Positions 9,040-19,070 of a stretch of DNA of 59,831 nucleotides are shown one piece after another. The notes beneath the pieces were generated by a model. It made no database searches. It was not told the origin of the DNA and worked only from the letters and a program-made list of their open reading frames with translations. Both the position numbers and the translations under genes were made by a program. The DNA is from a virus (lineage: Duplodnaviria; Caudoviricetes), in IMG/VR virus record IMGVR_UViG_3300007345_000037, positions 1-59,831 of that record. One strand, given 5' to 3'. Each line of letters begins with the position of its first letter. Position 1 is the first letter of the stretch.

Positions 9040-10266
9040 ATGGTAGCATACGAACAAATGATTGAAAAAGTGGCAACGCAAGTCGGAACTGACCCCAAGA
9101 CGCTATCGGCGAAAGCCGATGCAATCCTCGCCCAAGAAGGCGCAGGTTGGGAAGCATCCGGTAAGAACGAAGAACAACGCAAGACTCTTGCCCTACGAGT
9201 AGCGGCACGACAATTGGTGGCTGAAAAGGCAAAATTGACCCGCAGTGGCGCAACGATGTACGAAGGTATGTTCGTCAATGTCCCTCGTGAAAAGGATTGG
9301 GCTAAGATGGCCTACAACAAGATGAGCAAGACTCTCAAGTCGATGCCGGACATGGCACAACGCCTCGCTCTTGTTGGTCAAGGTGCGCTCATCATCTATG
9401 AGAACAACCACGACGGAACCTACACCCGTCACGCCAACCCTTCCTTGCTGAACCAGCAAGACTTCACCGAAGGTACTCGCTCGGATGAAATCAAAGAGAT
9501 TCCACCACGACATATTGCTCTTGATGCGAACACCTCGTTCTCACTCATTTGGGACAAAGCGACAACTCACTTCGCAAACGGCAAGCCGAACTTCAAGTAC
9601 GGCTCCGCTCGCCCACTTGAAGAACCCGACCGCTCGTGTCTGTTCTTGGGTCGCAAGGCTGGCTCCAACGACAGTCCGAGCCTACACTCCTTCCGGTACA
9701 ACGGCAACTTGGCAAAGCAATCTTGGCCTACCTTCGTCACCGGCACCATCGGTATGAAACCTGCCAACCGTGAAGGTATGGCATACGGTACAAAGGTCAC
9801 CGCCTTCACCACTGATGCTGAACTCTCATCCATCTTTACCGCACCACCTCTCATGGTTGACGAAAACGGTGCAAGTGGACTTATCGCTGATTGGCTCGGT
9901 GAAACGCTCATGCCTTCTCTCGACAAGTGTCACGAACACTACGGAACTCTTGACGACAAGGCAAAGTGGGACACCACCTACGCTACTGTTGTCGAAGTGG
10001 TTCACATCGACCCTCGTGAAAACGGTGGATTCATCGTGACCGTGGCTGATGCCGATATTATGTCGGAAACCCCACCAATCGAAGTCTATGTCGGTGCCTC
10101 CGAGGAAACCTCGGTTGACTTCGGCGTTGGTTCGGAACTCGTTGTTGTTGGCTCCCCGTGGGTCACTCGTGACGGCGAGGCTCGCTTTATGACCTCCGGC
10201 TGGTGGTGCATGAACCGCATCGCACCTCTCGCTGACACTGACGATGGCGAAGACGGCTGGGATTGA
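9040..10266 (+). CDS. Putative single-stranded DNA-binding protein (RPA-like, OB folds)
   Basis: Beta-rich C-terminal OB-like segment (VVEVVHID...VGSELVVVG), acidic tail DTDDGEDGWD and position inside the replication cluster. Confidence 0.55.
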   Translation: MVAYEQMIEKVATQVGTDPKTLSAKADAILAQEGAGWEASGKNEEQRKTLALRVAARQLVAEKAKLTRSGATMYEGMFVNVPREKDWAKMAYNKMSKTLKSMPDMAQRLALVGQGALIIYENNHDGTYTRHANPSLLNQQDFTEGTRSDEIKEIPPRHIALDANTSFSLIWDKATTHFANGKPNFKYGSARPLEEPDRSCLFLGRKAGSNDSPSLHSFRYNGNLAKQSWPTFVTGTIGMKPANREGMAYGTKVTAFTTDAELSSIFTAPPLMVDENGASGLIADWLGETLMPSLDKCHEHYGTLDDKAKWDTTYATVVEVVHIDPRENGGFIVTVADADIMSETPPIEVYVGASEETSVDFGVGSELVVVGSPWVTRDGEARFMTSGWWCMNRIAPLADTDDGEDGWD

Positions 10267-10294
10267 GTCGCAAATAACTTTGGGGGTAAAGTAA

Positions 10295-11878
10295 ATGTCG
10301 AATGTAGTCATGGGTGAAGAGGCGAAAGCCGCTTTCTTGGAGGCCATCAACCTTGTCGCTGATGCCGTTGAAGGTACGCTGGGACCGCAGGCGAGAACTG
10401 TTCTCGTCACGCATCCCGAACGACCACCAACGGTGTTGAACGACGGCGTGAAGATTGTTTCCTCCGTACAGTCCGAAAAGCCTGCTGTGCAAGCCGCAGT
10501 GCAACTGTTCCGACAGGCCGCACTTGAGGCTCAACAGGCTTCCGGTGACGGTACTACAACGGCAACACTACTTGCTCGTGCAATCTGCAACGCATACGCC
10601 GACCATCCCAACAAAGTCCGAGCCGCCCAAGAAATCGCTCAACTGACCGACGAAACCGTTGCATACATCGAACGACAAAGTGATGAGATTGATTTTGATG
10701 CACTCACTGACGATGATGATTGGGAAAAGTTAGAACAGCGGCTAAAGTTCGTGGCTTCTGTCGCCGCTAACAACGACGAATATCTTGGCGAACTCGTTGC
10801 TGAAATCTTCACGGAACTCGGCCCCGACGCTCTCGTCAATCTCAAGGTCGGCTCTCTTGACCATACGATTTGGTCGAAAGCCCTCGGAACAAGTGTTCCC
10901 ACAACATTCGTTTCTCCGATGTTCTGTAATACGAACAGGCGTACCGTCGAATACCACAACCCGTTGTTCCTTTTGACACAAACCGTGATTGAGGAATTTG
11001 AAGACTTGATGCCTGCGCTTGAGATTGCGGTTGAGAACAACCGACCGCTCATCGTTATATGTCAAGACATTAAGGGTGTTGCTCTATCGAACCTCATCGC
11101 CAATCATGTTGGTGGTGTTGTCAAGGCTTGTGCCATCAAGGTACCATACGCTGACCCTGTGACTTGGTTTGAAGACATTATAGCCCTTGTCGGTGGCAAG
11201 ATATTCTTCGACGCAGAAGGGCATACGGTTGCCGATGTTGTTGCCGGTAAAGGAATGCTCGGAACTGCTGACACAATTAGAATTAACGAAACAGAAACAG
11301 TTCTTATTGCTGGCTCTTCGGCTGTAAATACGCTGAACGACCACATCGCAGGTTTGCGAAAACAGGCGGAAGCGGCTGACCATTCTTTTGTAAAGGAAAA
11401 ACTACTCACTCGTATTGCTCGTTTGGATTCAAAGATTGCTAACATTCACATCGGAGGATTCAGCGAGGCTGAAATCCGTGAAACGAGGGAAAGGGTTGAC
11501 GATGCTGTCAACGCTACCCGACTCGCCATGAAGGGTGGTACCGTTCACGGTGCTGGCGTGACTCTCGCACGACGCACTTCCGTCACCGAGCGACCGGAAA
11601 GTCCACGCAACGAGCGGTGGGAGAAGGTTCTCCTTGAACCGGTTCGTGTGTTGACCAAGAACGCTGGTAGTGAGCAATCGCTCGCAGATATTAGGAAGTT
11701 ATTCCAACAAAGGCACTACTACAAGAACTTGCACACGGCGGAGTTCTACATCGAAACACAAGACACTGTTAATGTGTACGACGCTACTCTCGTGCTTGTC
11801 AACTCACTCAAAGCCGCCGCATCAATTGCTCGGCTCATGCTACTCACCGACCGAATCGTTTTGGTGGGCGAACAATAG
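10295..11878 (+). CDS. groEL: Chaperonin, group I (GroEL/Cpn60-like)
   Basis: TLGPQART, NDGVKI and GDGTTTATLLA. KEKLLTRIARL...GGFSEAEIRETRERVDDAVNATRLA is characteristic of GroEL rather than thermosome. Confidence 0.9.
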   Translation: MSNVVMGEEAKAAFLEAINLVADAVEGTLGPQARTVLVTHPERPPTVLNDGVKIVSSVQSEKPAVQAAVQLFRQAALEAQQASGDGTTTATLLARAICNAYADHPNKVRAAQEIAQLTDETVAYIERQSDEIDFDALTDDDDWEKLEQRLKFVASVAANNDEYLGELVAEIFTELGPDALVNLKVGSLDHTIWSKALGTSVPTTFVSPMFCNTNRRTVEYHNPLFLLTQTVIEEFEDLMPALEIAVENNRPLIVICQDIKGVALSNLIANHVGGVVKACAIKVPYADPVTWFEDIIALVGGKIFFDAEGHTVADVVAGKGMLGTADTIRINETETVLIAGSSAVNTLNDHIAGLRKQAEAADHSFVKEKLLTRIARLDSKIANIHIGGFSEAEIRETRERVDDAVNATRLAMKGGTVHGAGVTLARRTSVTERPESPRNERWEKVLLEPVRVLTKNAGSEQSLADIRKLFQQRHYYKNLHTAEFYIETQDTVNVYDATLVLVNSLKAAASIARLMLLTDRIVLVGEQ

Positions 11879-11919
11879 GCAAAGCCAACCTTTATATGGC
11901 TACAACAGGAGGGAATAAT

Positions 11920-12852
11920 ATGTCTTGGGGAACTAAAACAACAGAAGCGACCGTCACAAAAACGGGATTTGACAAGGACTACTACCGTGGTCTTTTTGAG
12001 AACAACACGGCACAATCGGTGCCTGTACGCATGGCACTAATCGGCAAGGAGAACTGTGCCAAAACCGGTACAGCCATCAGTATTTGCCGACAGGTGAAGC
12101 CGAAGGGTCACATCTATGTGTTCGATGTTGACAACTCGGCAAAGGCTACCATCGACTCCGCATACGCAGGTGATGATGAAATCACAGTCCTTCCACTTCT
12201 TGACGAGCGTGACGACAGCATCTTCAACGACGATGCTACCGTCAACTACGCTAACTTGATTGACAAGGTAAATTACTTCGTCAACATTGTTGCCGACAAG
12301 TCAAAGGAAGGAGAAGATATTGCCGGAATTGTATTCGACGGTGGTTCGACTTTCTTGAAATGGTGCGAGTTCGCCATGACTGATGTTCTGCTCCGAAAGG
12401 GTGTTATCAAGGAAGAAGGCGACTCCTTCAACCAAAAGGAATGGCGCACCCGCAACCAATTGTTCCGCCAAGTTATGACTCGACTTCACGGTCTTGCTGT
12501 GCCTTGTGTGTTCTTCACCTTCCATCTCAAAGATGTTTCCAACTATGTTGACAACGGCTCCGGTGGCAAAGTGCTAATGAAGGTCGGCGAGCGACCGGAA
12601 TGGGACAAGGGTACCATGCGCTTGTTCTCCCAACAAATCTTCTTGTCCCGCTACATGAAGCGGGCCGATACCGCCGCTGGTGTTAAGGCCGACCCCACAC
12701 TCAAGAACGACGACGATTGGATTGTCAAGGCTACCTTTGAGGAAATCAAAGGTAAGCACATGGAACACATCGGGCAGACCCACACCATCCTCGAAATTAT
12801 CAAGGGTAAAGTAAAATGGTTTGGACTGCCAATGCTAACATGGAGTGAGTGA
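11920..12852 (+). CDS. RecA-fold P-loop ATPase (AAA_24/Sak4-like recombination protein)
   Basis: Degenerate Walker A LIGKENCAKTG, VFDVD and Walker B IVFDG, in the replication cluster. Confidence 0.65.
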   Translation: MSWGTKTTEATVTKTGFDKDYYRGLFENNTAQSVPVRMALIGKENCAKTGTAISICRQVKPKGHIYVFDVDNSAKATIDSAYAGDDEITVLPLLDERDDSIFNDDATVNYANLIDKVNYFVNIVADKSKEGEDIAGIVFDGGSTFLKWCEFAMTDVLLRKGVIKEEGDSFNQKEWRTRNQLFRQVMTRLHGLAVPCVFFTFHLKDVSNYVDNGSGGKVLMKVGERPEWDKGTMRLFSQQIFLSRYMKRADTAAGVKADPTLKNDDDWIVKATFEEIKGKHMEHIGQTHTILEIIKGKVKWFGLPMLTWSE

Positions 12853-13075
12853 AATGGAAGCAGAATTAAATGAGATACTAAACCAAGCCCTCCAATGTTT
12901 CAAATCCGTTCAACGGCGCATTGAGGCCATCGAAACCCGCCTTGCTGATTTGGAGTTCACGCTCGATGAACTTCCCGAAGTGAGCAACATTGTCGCCGCA
13001 GTCAAAGAACTTCAAGACGAGCATGAAGCACCGGCCATGAAGTTCACACACTACATCTTGGGGGTCAAGCGATGA
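12845..13075 (+). CDS. Small acidic coiled-coil protein
   Basis: Heptad pattern, overlaps both neighbouring genes. Confidence 0.6.
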   Translation: MSEMEAELNEILNQALQCFKSVQRRIEAIETRLADLEFTLDELPEVSNIVAAVKELQDEHEAPAMKFTHYILGVKR

Positions 13076-13941
13076 GTTCCTCCGTTGAAATCACCAACGC
13101 CGACTTGACCCGCTTGCTCACCATTATGAAGCGCAAGCAGACTGTCAACGGAAAGCAACAGGCACAGGTTGAGTCACTACTCTTGACTTGTCTTAATGGC
13201 GAGTCGGGACAAGCCATCGCCAGCAGTCTAACAAGGGACTTGTCGGGGCTGACACAGGTCACAATGGCCTGCACAGTCAATGGTGAAGATGTATGCAATA
13301 TCCCAATCCAAAGCATCGACAATATGCTGGGAATCATCAAGTACCACGGTCAACTATTGACACTCGTTTTCGATAAAGAAAACAATCGCCTACGAATTAA
13401 AAGTAGGGGAAAACAAACCACGCTCGACGCATCGGGAGATGCTAAGGCGTTCTCTCACAGTCCCGACACTATCAGCGAGTTCCACAAGAAAGGTATTGAA
13501 CTCGTGAACCGTGTTTGGCACACAGACGGTGTGTACTACATCACCGGCAACGGTGACAAGATTAAACCTCTCGCAAAGTACACCGTGGATTCAACGGATA
13601 TGTACGAGGCTTTGCGTTGCGACACCATGAATGGACAGCGACTCAACAGATACACTTTGGGTGTGGAGTATGACTCGCACCACCTACAAGTCGAAGTAGG
13701 TGACTTTCACCTCGGACAGACCGTGACAGATGTTGCACTTAAAACAAAGGCAAAGGAAACATGGAAGTGGCAGTTCGACGGTGGGCTTGACGAAGTGTTC
13801 AAGCCTATGACCGGCTCTTGTGACATTTACATTTACGACTTCCGTGACTTCGGACAAGGTATGCGTCTTTACATTCATTGGCCTAATGTTATGGGTTCCA
13901 GCGAGTTCTTTGCTTTCCAAGCGGGAGTTCTTACTTATTGA
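13072..13941 (+). CDS. Putative DNA sliding clamp (PCNA-like)
   Basis: 289 aa with a two-domain alpha/beta pattern of clamp size, co-encoded with RFC and PolB. No diagnostic motif was recognised. Confidence 0.5.
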   Translation: MSSSVEITNADLTRLLTIMKRKQTVNGKQQAQVESLLLTCLNGESGQAIASSLTRDLSGLTQVTMACTVNGEDVCNIPIQSIDNMLGIIKYHGQLLTLVFDKENNRLRIKSRGKQTTLDASGDAKAFSHSPDTISEFHKKGIELVNRVWHTDGVYYITGNGDKIKPLAKYTVDSTDMYEALRCDTMNGQRLNRYTLGVEYDSHHLQVEVGDFHLGQTVTDVALKTKAKETWKWQFDGGLDEVFKPMTGSCDIYIYDFRDFGQGMRLYIHWPNVMGSSEFFAFQAGVLTY

Positions 13942-14061
13942 TTACGACATGGTGGGGTTTGCGCCTCGAAAAAGGGTAAAAGTGTACCTCCAAAGCATGA
14001 GGGAGTGTTGTGTTTCTCTTCCGTACCCGCCCCGCCTCCGTCGTATTTTAACGGTGATAAT

Positions 14062-14397
14062 ATGACTGAACGAACTGTTATCAACACTCTTAATGGCAGT
14101 CTTAAGGAATTGACATTAGAACAGGTCAATGAGTTATACGAGTACACAGGTGGCAGACTCAAGGGTAGGAAGATTTACCTTAAGATTGCTGTACTTGCCG
14201 TGTTGAAATATCAAAGCCACGGCAGACCATTGACTGCTCGTGAAGTTAGGGATTTGGGACAACGATATATCCCTCGCAACCAACAGTGGTCGAACCAAGT
14301 GGTAGGTAGTATTCTCGGAATGTTATCTCGTATGAAATTGATTCAACGCTCTTACGACAAACCTTATCTTTATTGGTGGGAAAACAGTGGTATTTGA
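14062..14397 (+). CDS. Winged-helix DNA-binding protein
   Basis: RPLTAREVRD...VGSILGMLSRMKLIQR wHTH pattern, GGTGA SD. Confidence 0.65.
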   Translation: MTERTVINTLNGSLKELTLEQVNELYEYTGGRLKGRKIYLKIAVLAVLKYQSHGRPLTAREVRDLGQRYIPRNQQWSNQVVGSILGMLSRMKLIQRSYDKPYLYWWENSGI

Positions 14398-15532
14398 AAT
14401 ACGCACCGGCAACTGCGTCGAACTGATGGCGTACATGGATGATGAGTCCGTCGATATGTGCGTGACTTCCCCGCCGTATTGGGGTCTTCGTGACTACGGT
14501 GGTAGGGGCATTGTTTGGGGTCCACAAGAATGTATTGAGCGTGGAGAAGGTGATACTTCCCACGAATGGGAAGGATATACTCGACCCAGCGAAAATACCC
14601 GCAATAATAATAATTCACTACAACTCAAATCTGCGTATTGGGAACCCCAAGAGCAGGCGTTCTGCAAACACTGTGACGCATGGTTCGGTCAATTGGGACT
14701 TGAACCTACACCGGAACAGTATGTCAAGAACATGGTAGAAGTGTTCCGCGAAGTCAAGCGTGTACTCAAACCCGAAGGTACGCTGTGGCTCAACATCGGT
14801 GATTCGTATTGTGCTGGCTCTCGCAAGAGTGGCGTTGCGGACTCCGCAGGTGGCGAGCGTGGACTCCCTACTACCCAACGCAACCAAGCATCCGGCGACC
14901 TCAAGCAGAAGGATTTAGTTGGCATCCCGTGGATGCTCGCATTTGCCCTTCGTGCCGATGGTTGGTACTTGCGACAGGACATTATTTGGGCTAAACCAAA
15001 TTGTATGCCGGAATCTGTTCGTGACCGCTGTACGAAAAACCATGAGTATGTGTTTCTTTTATCGAAAAGTAAAGATTACTACTACGACAACGAGGCAATC
15101 AAGGAAGACACTGTTGGTAAGCCGGATAAGAACAAGTCAGCCAACAAGTACGCCGAGAATGAAGAATGGGCCGCAGGCGACCCCAACCGCACAAGCAAGG
15201 CGAAAGGAATCGCAGACGCTCGTGTAAAGAATTACGCTAAAAGAAACAAGCGTAGTGTTTGGTGGGTCGGTCCCAAGCCATTCCCCGAAGCGCATTTCGC
15301 AGTGTTTCCCGTCGAACTGATTGAGCCTTGCATCCTCGCTGGTTGCCCTCCTAACGGTACTGTGCTGGACCCTTTCGGGGGTGCTGGCACAACCGCCATC
15401 GCATCCATCAAGCATGGTCGCAAAGCGTTGCTTCTTGAGTACAGTGAGAAATACAGCGAGATAGCACACAAGCGAATCTTGGCGTATCGGGAAGAGATTG
15501 GGCTTGACAAAGCGAACAGGGAGTGGTTCTAA
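14387..15532 (+). CDS. DNA amino-methyltransferase (N4-C/N6-A, beta class)
   Basis: Motif IV TSPPY near the N-terminus, HFAVFP, and motif I VLDPFGGAGTT near the C-terminus. Confidence 0.93.
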   Translation: MVFEIRTGNCVELMAYMDDESVDMCVTSPPYWGLRDYGGRGIVWGPQECIERGEGDTSHEWEGYTRPSENTRNNNNSLQLKSAYWEPQEQAFCKHCDAWFGQLGLEPTPEQYVKNMVEVFREVKRVLKPEGTLWLNIGDSYCAGSRKSGVADSAGGERGLPTTQRNQASGDLKQKDLVGIPWMLAFALRADGWYLRQDIIWAKPNCMPESVRDRCTKNHEYVFLLSKSKDYYYDNEAIKEDTVGKPDKNKSANKYAENEEWAAGDPNRTSKAKGIADARVKNYAKRNKRSVWWVGPKPFPEAHFAVFPVELIEPCILAGCPPNGTVLDPFGGAGTTAIASIKHGRKALLLEYSEKYSEIAHKRILAYREEIGLDKANREWF

Positions 15533-15666
15533 TGGCAAGAAAGTGTTTGCGTAAATGTAATGGGTGTGGCAGGGTAGTCATGTCCGCTTCCACCAATCAT
15601 CGGATTAGTACCGGCGAGGCAAAAAGAAAGTATTGCGGAACGCAACGGGTAGTTCGTGACGATTGA
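15532..15666 (+). CDS. Micro Zn-finger protein (44 aa; paralog of 48435-48584)
   Basis: Translated by hand: MARKCLRKCNGCGRVVMSASTNHRISTGEAKRKYCGTQRVVRDD. Confidence 0.55.
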   Translation: MARKCLRKCNGCGRVVMSASTNHRISTGEAKRKYCGTQRVVRDD

Positions 15667-15722
15667 TTTGCGTTTATATGCCGCCACACTACCTTTATAT
15701 CCCTCGGCCCTAATTTAGTATC

Positions 15723-16052
15723 ATGGCGGAATACCCCCTAACCGACGCTCTCAAACAAAATCTAATTCTCAATACCATTAGAATGATGGATGCCGATGAA
15801 AATGCCAATCCGAATTGCGAAACAGAATTTCAATTCGATTATGGCGGTCGAACAATTGCTGCTTCGGTTAAAATTACCGAAATACCAAAGGAAAAATTGT
15901 ATCGGAATCACGATTGGCTGTACAACGAGTATATCAATGAAGGCAAGACTCTCAAGGAAATAGCATCTATGTTCAACATTACTCCGATGAGTATTCATCA
16001 GTGGCTTGTCAAATTAGGCATCCCTTCAAGACCTCGTGGTCGCCGTCAATAA
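15723..16052 (+). CDS. HTH DNA-binding protein
   Basis: WLYNEYINEGKTLKEIASMFNITPMSIHQWLVKLGIPSR HTH. Its own TATA box lies 29 bp upstream. Confidence 0.8.
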   Translation: MAEYPLTDALKQNLILNTIRMMDADENANPNCETEFQFDYGGRTIAASVKITEIPKEKLYRNHDWLYNEYINEGKTLKEIASMFNITPMSIHQWLVKLGIPSRPRGRRQ

Positions 16053-16094
16053 CCTTTATATGCCTACAATACAAGGGTATATTGAGGCAGACAG

Positions 16095-18344
16095 ATGATT
16101 GTTGAACAGAAAGGTAAGAACGATGTGGTCGTTCGCTATCGTGACAAAAACGACAAGCGACAGGAAACGGTAATCAAGAAGTATAATCCTTATTGCTATG
16201 TTAGCGAAGAGGATGCACAATACATTCATGGCTACAAGAAGACCGGTGGTTTCACAGGAGTCTTTGGTACGCGTGTCGTCAAAGTTGAAGGCTACGACAC
16301 TTGGAGCATTCGTGAACTCAACAAGACCGGTCACACATGGGAAGGCAACATTCCCTTCACAAACCAAGCATTGACGGCACGAGTCAAGTCCGGTGAGAAG
16401 CCGTTTGAATCATACAACCACAGGGTTTGGTACCTTGACGGTGAGTGGAAAATCAACAGTGGCGAAATCACAATGCTCTCGGTCTATGATTCTTTTACCG
16501 AAAGACTATACTCGTGGGCTGTCATGCCTAACATCGAAAAGGGAAAATACAAGCAAATGATTGATGCTAACCAAAACCGCTACACCTACGAAACCCCCGT
16601 TATCGTCTTTGACACCGAGGCTGAACTCTTGTCGCATTTCGTATCTTTCATGCGAAAGCATGACCCCGACATTATCACCGGTTGGTATGTCACAGGTGCG
16701 GACATAAAGCAAATCATCACACGCTGTCAAAAGGTTGGTGTTCGTGCCACCGCTATGTCGCCGATGAACAAGTTGCGCTACGAGTACAAGGATTGGTCGC
16801 AACCAATCGTCGGTCGGAACATTATCGACTTGCGCCTCGCATTCCCCAAGTTGTACGAGTTGAAGAATGGCAAGTTGCCGAACTACAAGTTGGATGATGT
16901 TGCTTGGGAAGCATTAGGGGAAAAGAAAGTCGAACTCAAGGACGGTCACGACACCTACTACACCGACCCCGTTCTGTATCTCCACTACAACCGCATAGAT
17001 GTTGAACTCCTTCCAAAGTTGGACAAGTTGGTCAACGCATTGGAATACTTCATCGCTGTACAGCACATCGCACAGTGCGAGATTCGCTCGACACCACACA
17101 TCACGCAGGTGTTTTCTTGCCTCGCTTTAAGCGACCCACAGTTCAAAAAACAACTGCCGAGTGAGCCACGGTTTGAAGCGCAGGCGTATGAAGGCGCGAT
17201 TGTGATGGATGGCGAGAAGGGTGTGTATGACGACATTGGTATTTTTGACATAAAAGCGATGTACCACAGTAATGTCGCCTTGCACAACATTTCGTGGGAC
17301 ACATTATACAAAGATGGTCAATTCGCCATTGATGTTCGGGACTGTGGGAATGGGACTCGTTTCATTCACGGGGCAGACAAGAAGGGTTTGCTTGTCCGAC
17401 AAATGGATAAAATGACTGTCTTGCGTGACCACTACAAGGGTTTGATGAAGCAGGCTACAACCGAAGCAGAAAGGGTGCGATACGACGCCTTACAGTACGC
17501 TACAAAGTCATTGGTGGCTTCCATGTACGGGGTGGCAGGCGATGCCAAATACGGGCTGTATCACCCCGAAATAGCATCAGCAATCACATACACCTCTCGT
17601 GCCACTTTGATGAAGTTGCGAGATGTTGCCGAGGACATGGGTCACCGTGTTGTGTACGGTCACACCGATTCGGTGATGTGCGAAGTGGAGTCGCCCGAAG
17701 TGGGGATTGAATCGGTCATTGAAATGAACAAGCGTATGCACCCAATCATCGTGCAATTTGAGAAGTGGTCGCAGTCATTCCTACTGATGGAGAAGAATCG
17801 GTACGCCGGTTTGGTGACTTGGGCCGATGGGGAATACCACGAACCCAAGCGTTATGTTAAGGGAATAGAAATGAAGCAAGCGAGGATGCCAAGCGTGATG
17901 AAAAATGCGATGGGACTCGTCATTGATTCGGTGCTAAGACACTATTGTTCCGATGATGTGAACGCTGAATTAGGAGAACTGATTGAGAATATTATGGAGG
18001 GTAAAGTTCCCGATGAAGACTTGTGTATGAAAGGTAAATTGACTAAGGACTTAGCAAAATATACGAGCGTTGCCGGACCAGCCGCAGGCGCACAGTGGGC
18101 CAACCGCACACTTGGCAAGGGCTACCGTGGAGGTGACTATTTCCTTTGTAGCATTGACGAAGAAGGCAATTACATCGCCTTCGACAGTCCATCCGAAATC
18201 GAAGGTATAAGCAAGATTGGTCGGCAGGTCATGGTCGAACGCTTCATTATCAAAAAGGTCTTACCTTATTACCAAGTGGCTAATTGGGACATATCACCGT
18301 TGCACCGAGCCATGAATGGTAAATCGAAGGTACAGTGGTTCTAA
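16095..18344 (+). CDS. polB: Family B DNA polymerase with 3'-5' exonuclease
   Basis: ExoI YLDGE, ExoII ITGWY..GAD, ExoIII YNRID; motif A FDIKAMYHS, motif B KSLVASMYG, motif C YGHTDS; KNRY and KGIE. Confidence 0.95.
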   Translation: MIVEQKGKNDVVVRYRDKNDKRQETVIKKYNPYCYVSEEDAQYIHGYKKTGGFTGVFGTRVVKVEGYDTWSIRELNKTGHTWEGNIPFTNQALTARVKSGEKPFESYNHRVWYLDGEWKINSGEITMLSVYDSFTERLYSWAVMPNIEKGKYKQMIDANQNRYTYETPVIVFDTEAELLSHFVSFMRKHDPDIITGWYVTGADIKQIITRCQKVGVRATAMSPMNKLRYEYKDWSQPIVGRNIIDLRLAFPKLYELKNGKLPNYKLDDVAWEALGEKKVELKDGHDTYYTDPVLYLHYNRIDVELLPKLDKLVNALEYFIAVQHIAQCEIRSTPHITQVFSCLALSDPQFKKQLPSEPRFEAQAYEGAIVMDGEKGVYDDIGIFDIKAMYHSNVALHNISWDTLYKDGQFAIDVRDCGNGTRFIHGADKKGLLVRQMDKMTVLRDHYKGLMKQATTEAERVRYDALQYATKSLVASMYGVAGDAKYGLYHPEIASAITYTSRATLMKLRDVAEDMGHRVVYGHTDSVMCEVESPEVGIESVIEMNKRMHPIIVQFEKWSQSFLLMEKNRYAGLVTWADGEYHEPKRYVKGIEMKQARMPSVMKNAMGLVIDSVLRHYCSDDVNAELGELIENIMEGKVPDEDLCMKGKLTKDLAKYTSVAGPAAGAQWANRTLGKGYRGGDYFLCSIDEEGNYIAFDSPSEIEGISKIGRQVMVERFIIKKVLPYYQVANWDISPLHRAMNGKSKVQWF

Positions 18345-18398
18345 GCGGCGTTTAGACAGGTTTATAAGAAGGCGATACTTGGGAAGGGTTGATAGAGG

Positions 18399-18716
18399 AT
18401 GGCAAACGGCGTTCGCGGAATCAAAAAAATGAGCCAAAACCAATTGACGCAAGCGTTGGTTGAATTGAACGCACGAGTACACATGTTGTCCACCGCTGTC
18501 GGAAACGATATTCAGCGACTCAATGTTGTCATGTTCTCTCTCTTGAAAGCACTTGGGATGGCAGATGAAAAGAAGTGTCCTAACTGTGGTGTTGTAAATA
18601 TGCGACCTATACTTGACGGAATCGAAATCGACCCGCACTGTGTCGAATGTGGTCACAGGATTGACCCTCTCCCACAAGAAGCGTTTTCGGGCGAGATGAT
18701 TGACGACGACGAATAA
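18399..18716 (+). CDS. Coiled-coil plus Zn-ribbon protein
   Basis: CPNCG...CVECG motifs, TATA TTTATAAG upstream. Confidence 0.7.
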   Translation: MANGVRGIKKMSQNQLTQALVELNARVHMLSTAVGNDIQRLNVVMFSLLKALGMADEKKCPNCGVVNMRPILDGIEIDPHCVECGHRIDPLPQEAFSGEMIDDDE

Positions 18717-18747
18717 GTTAAACAACACTTTAGGGGTGAAACTAATT

Positions 18748-19020
18748 ATGCAATACATTGTGTGCAGTGATAAATTAAGCGATTTGACAAAAGCCGTTGA
18801 AGAACACGGTGTTGAAAATGTGTATTGGCTTGCCGATTCGACACGAAACCGTGAAGCGGATTCTCTCGGACTTCCAAACAGCCGTCTTCTCCCACTTCAA
18901 AAGTTCTCAAAGGAAAGCGTTCTCGCTCTATTCGGCGACAAGGCAACCGTTTGGGGAGAGAAGGCACCTGCCCCTAAGAAGGCACCTGCCAAAAAGTCTT
19001 CTCCTAAGAAGGAAGAGTGA
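18748..19020 (+). CDS. Hypothetical protein with Lys/Ala/Pro-rich tail
   Basis: GGGGTGA SD, C-terminus KAPAPKKAPAKKSSPKKEE. Confidence 0.6.
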   Translation: MQYIVCSDKLSDLTKAVEEHGVENVYWLADSTRNREADSLGLPNSRLLPLQKFSKESVLALFGDKATVWGEKAPAPKKAPAKKSSPKKEE

Positions 19021-19021
19021 C

Positions 19022-19049
19022 TTTAGTCGCCCATAACAACCTTTATATG
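19022..19049 (+). promoter_or_regulatory. TTTAGTCG-N12-TATA promoter
   Basis: TTTAGTCG at 19022-19029, TTTATATG from 19042, ATG at 19071. Confidence 0.65.
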
Positions 19050-19070
19050 CCTGCCCGTGTATGTATATAC

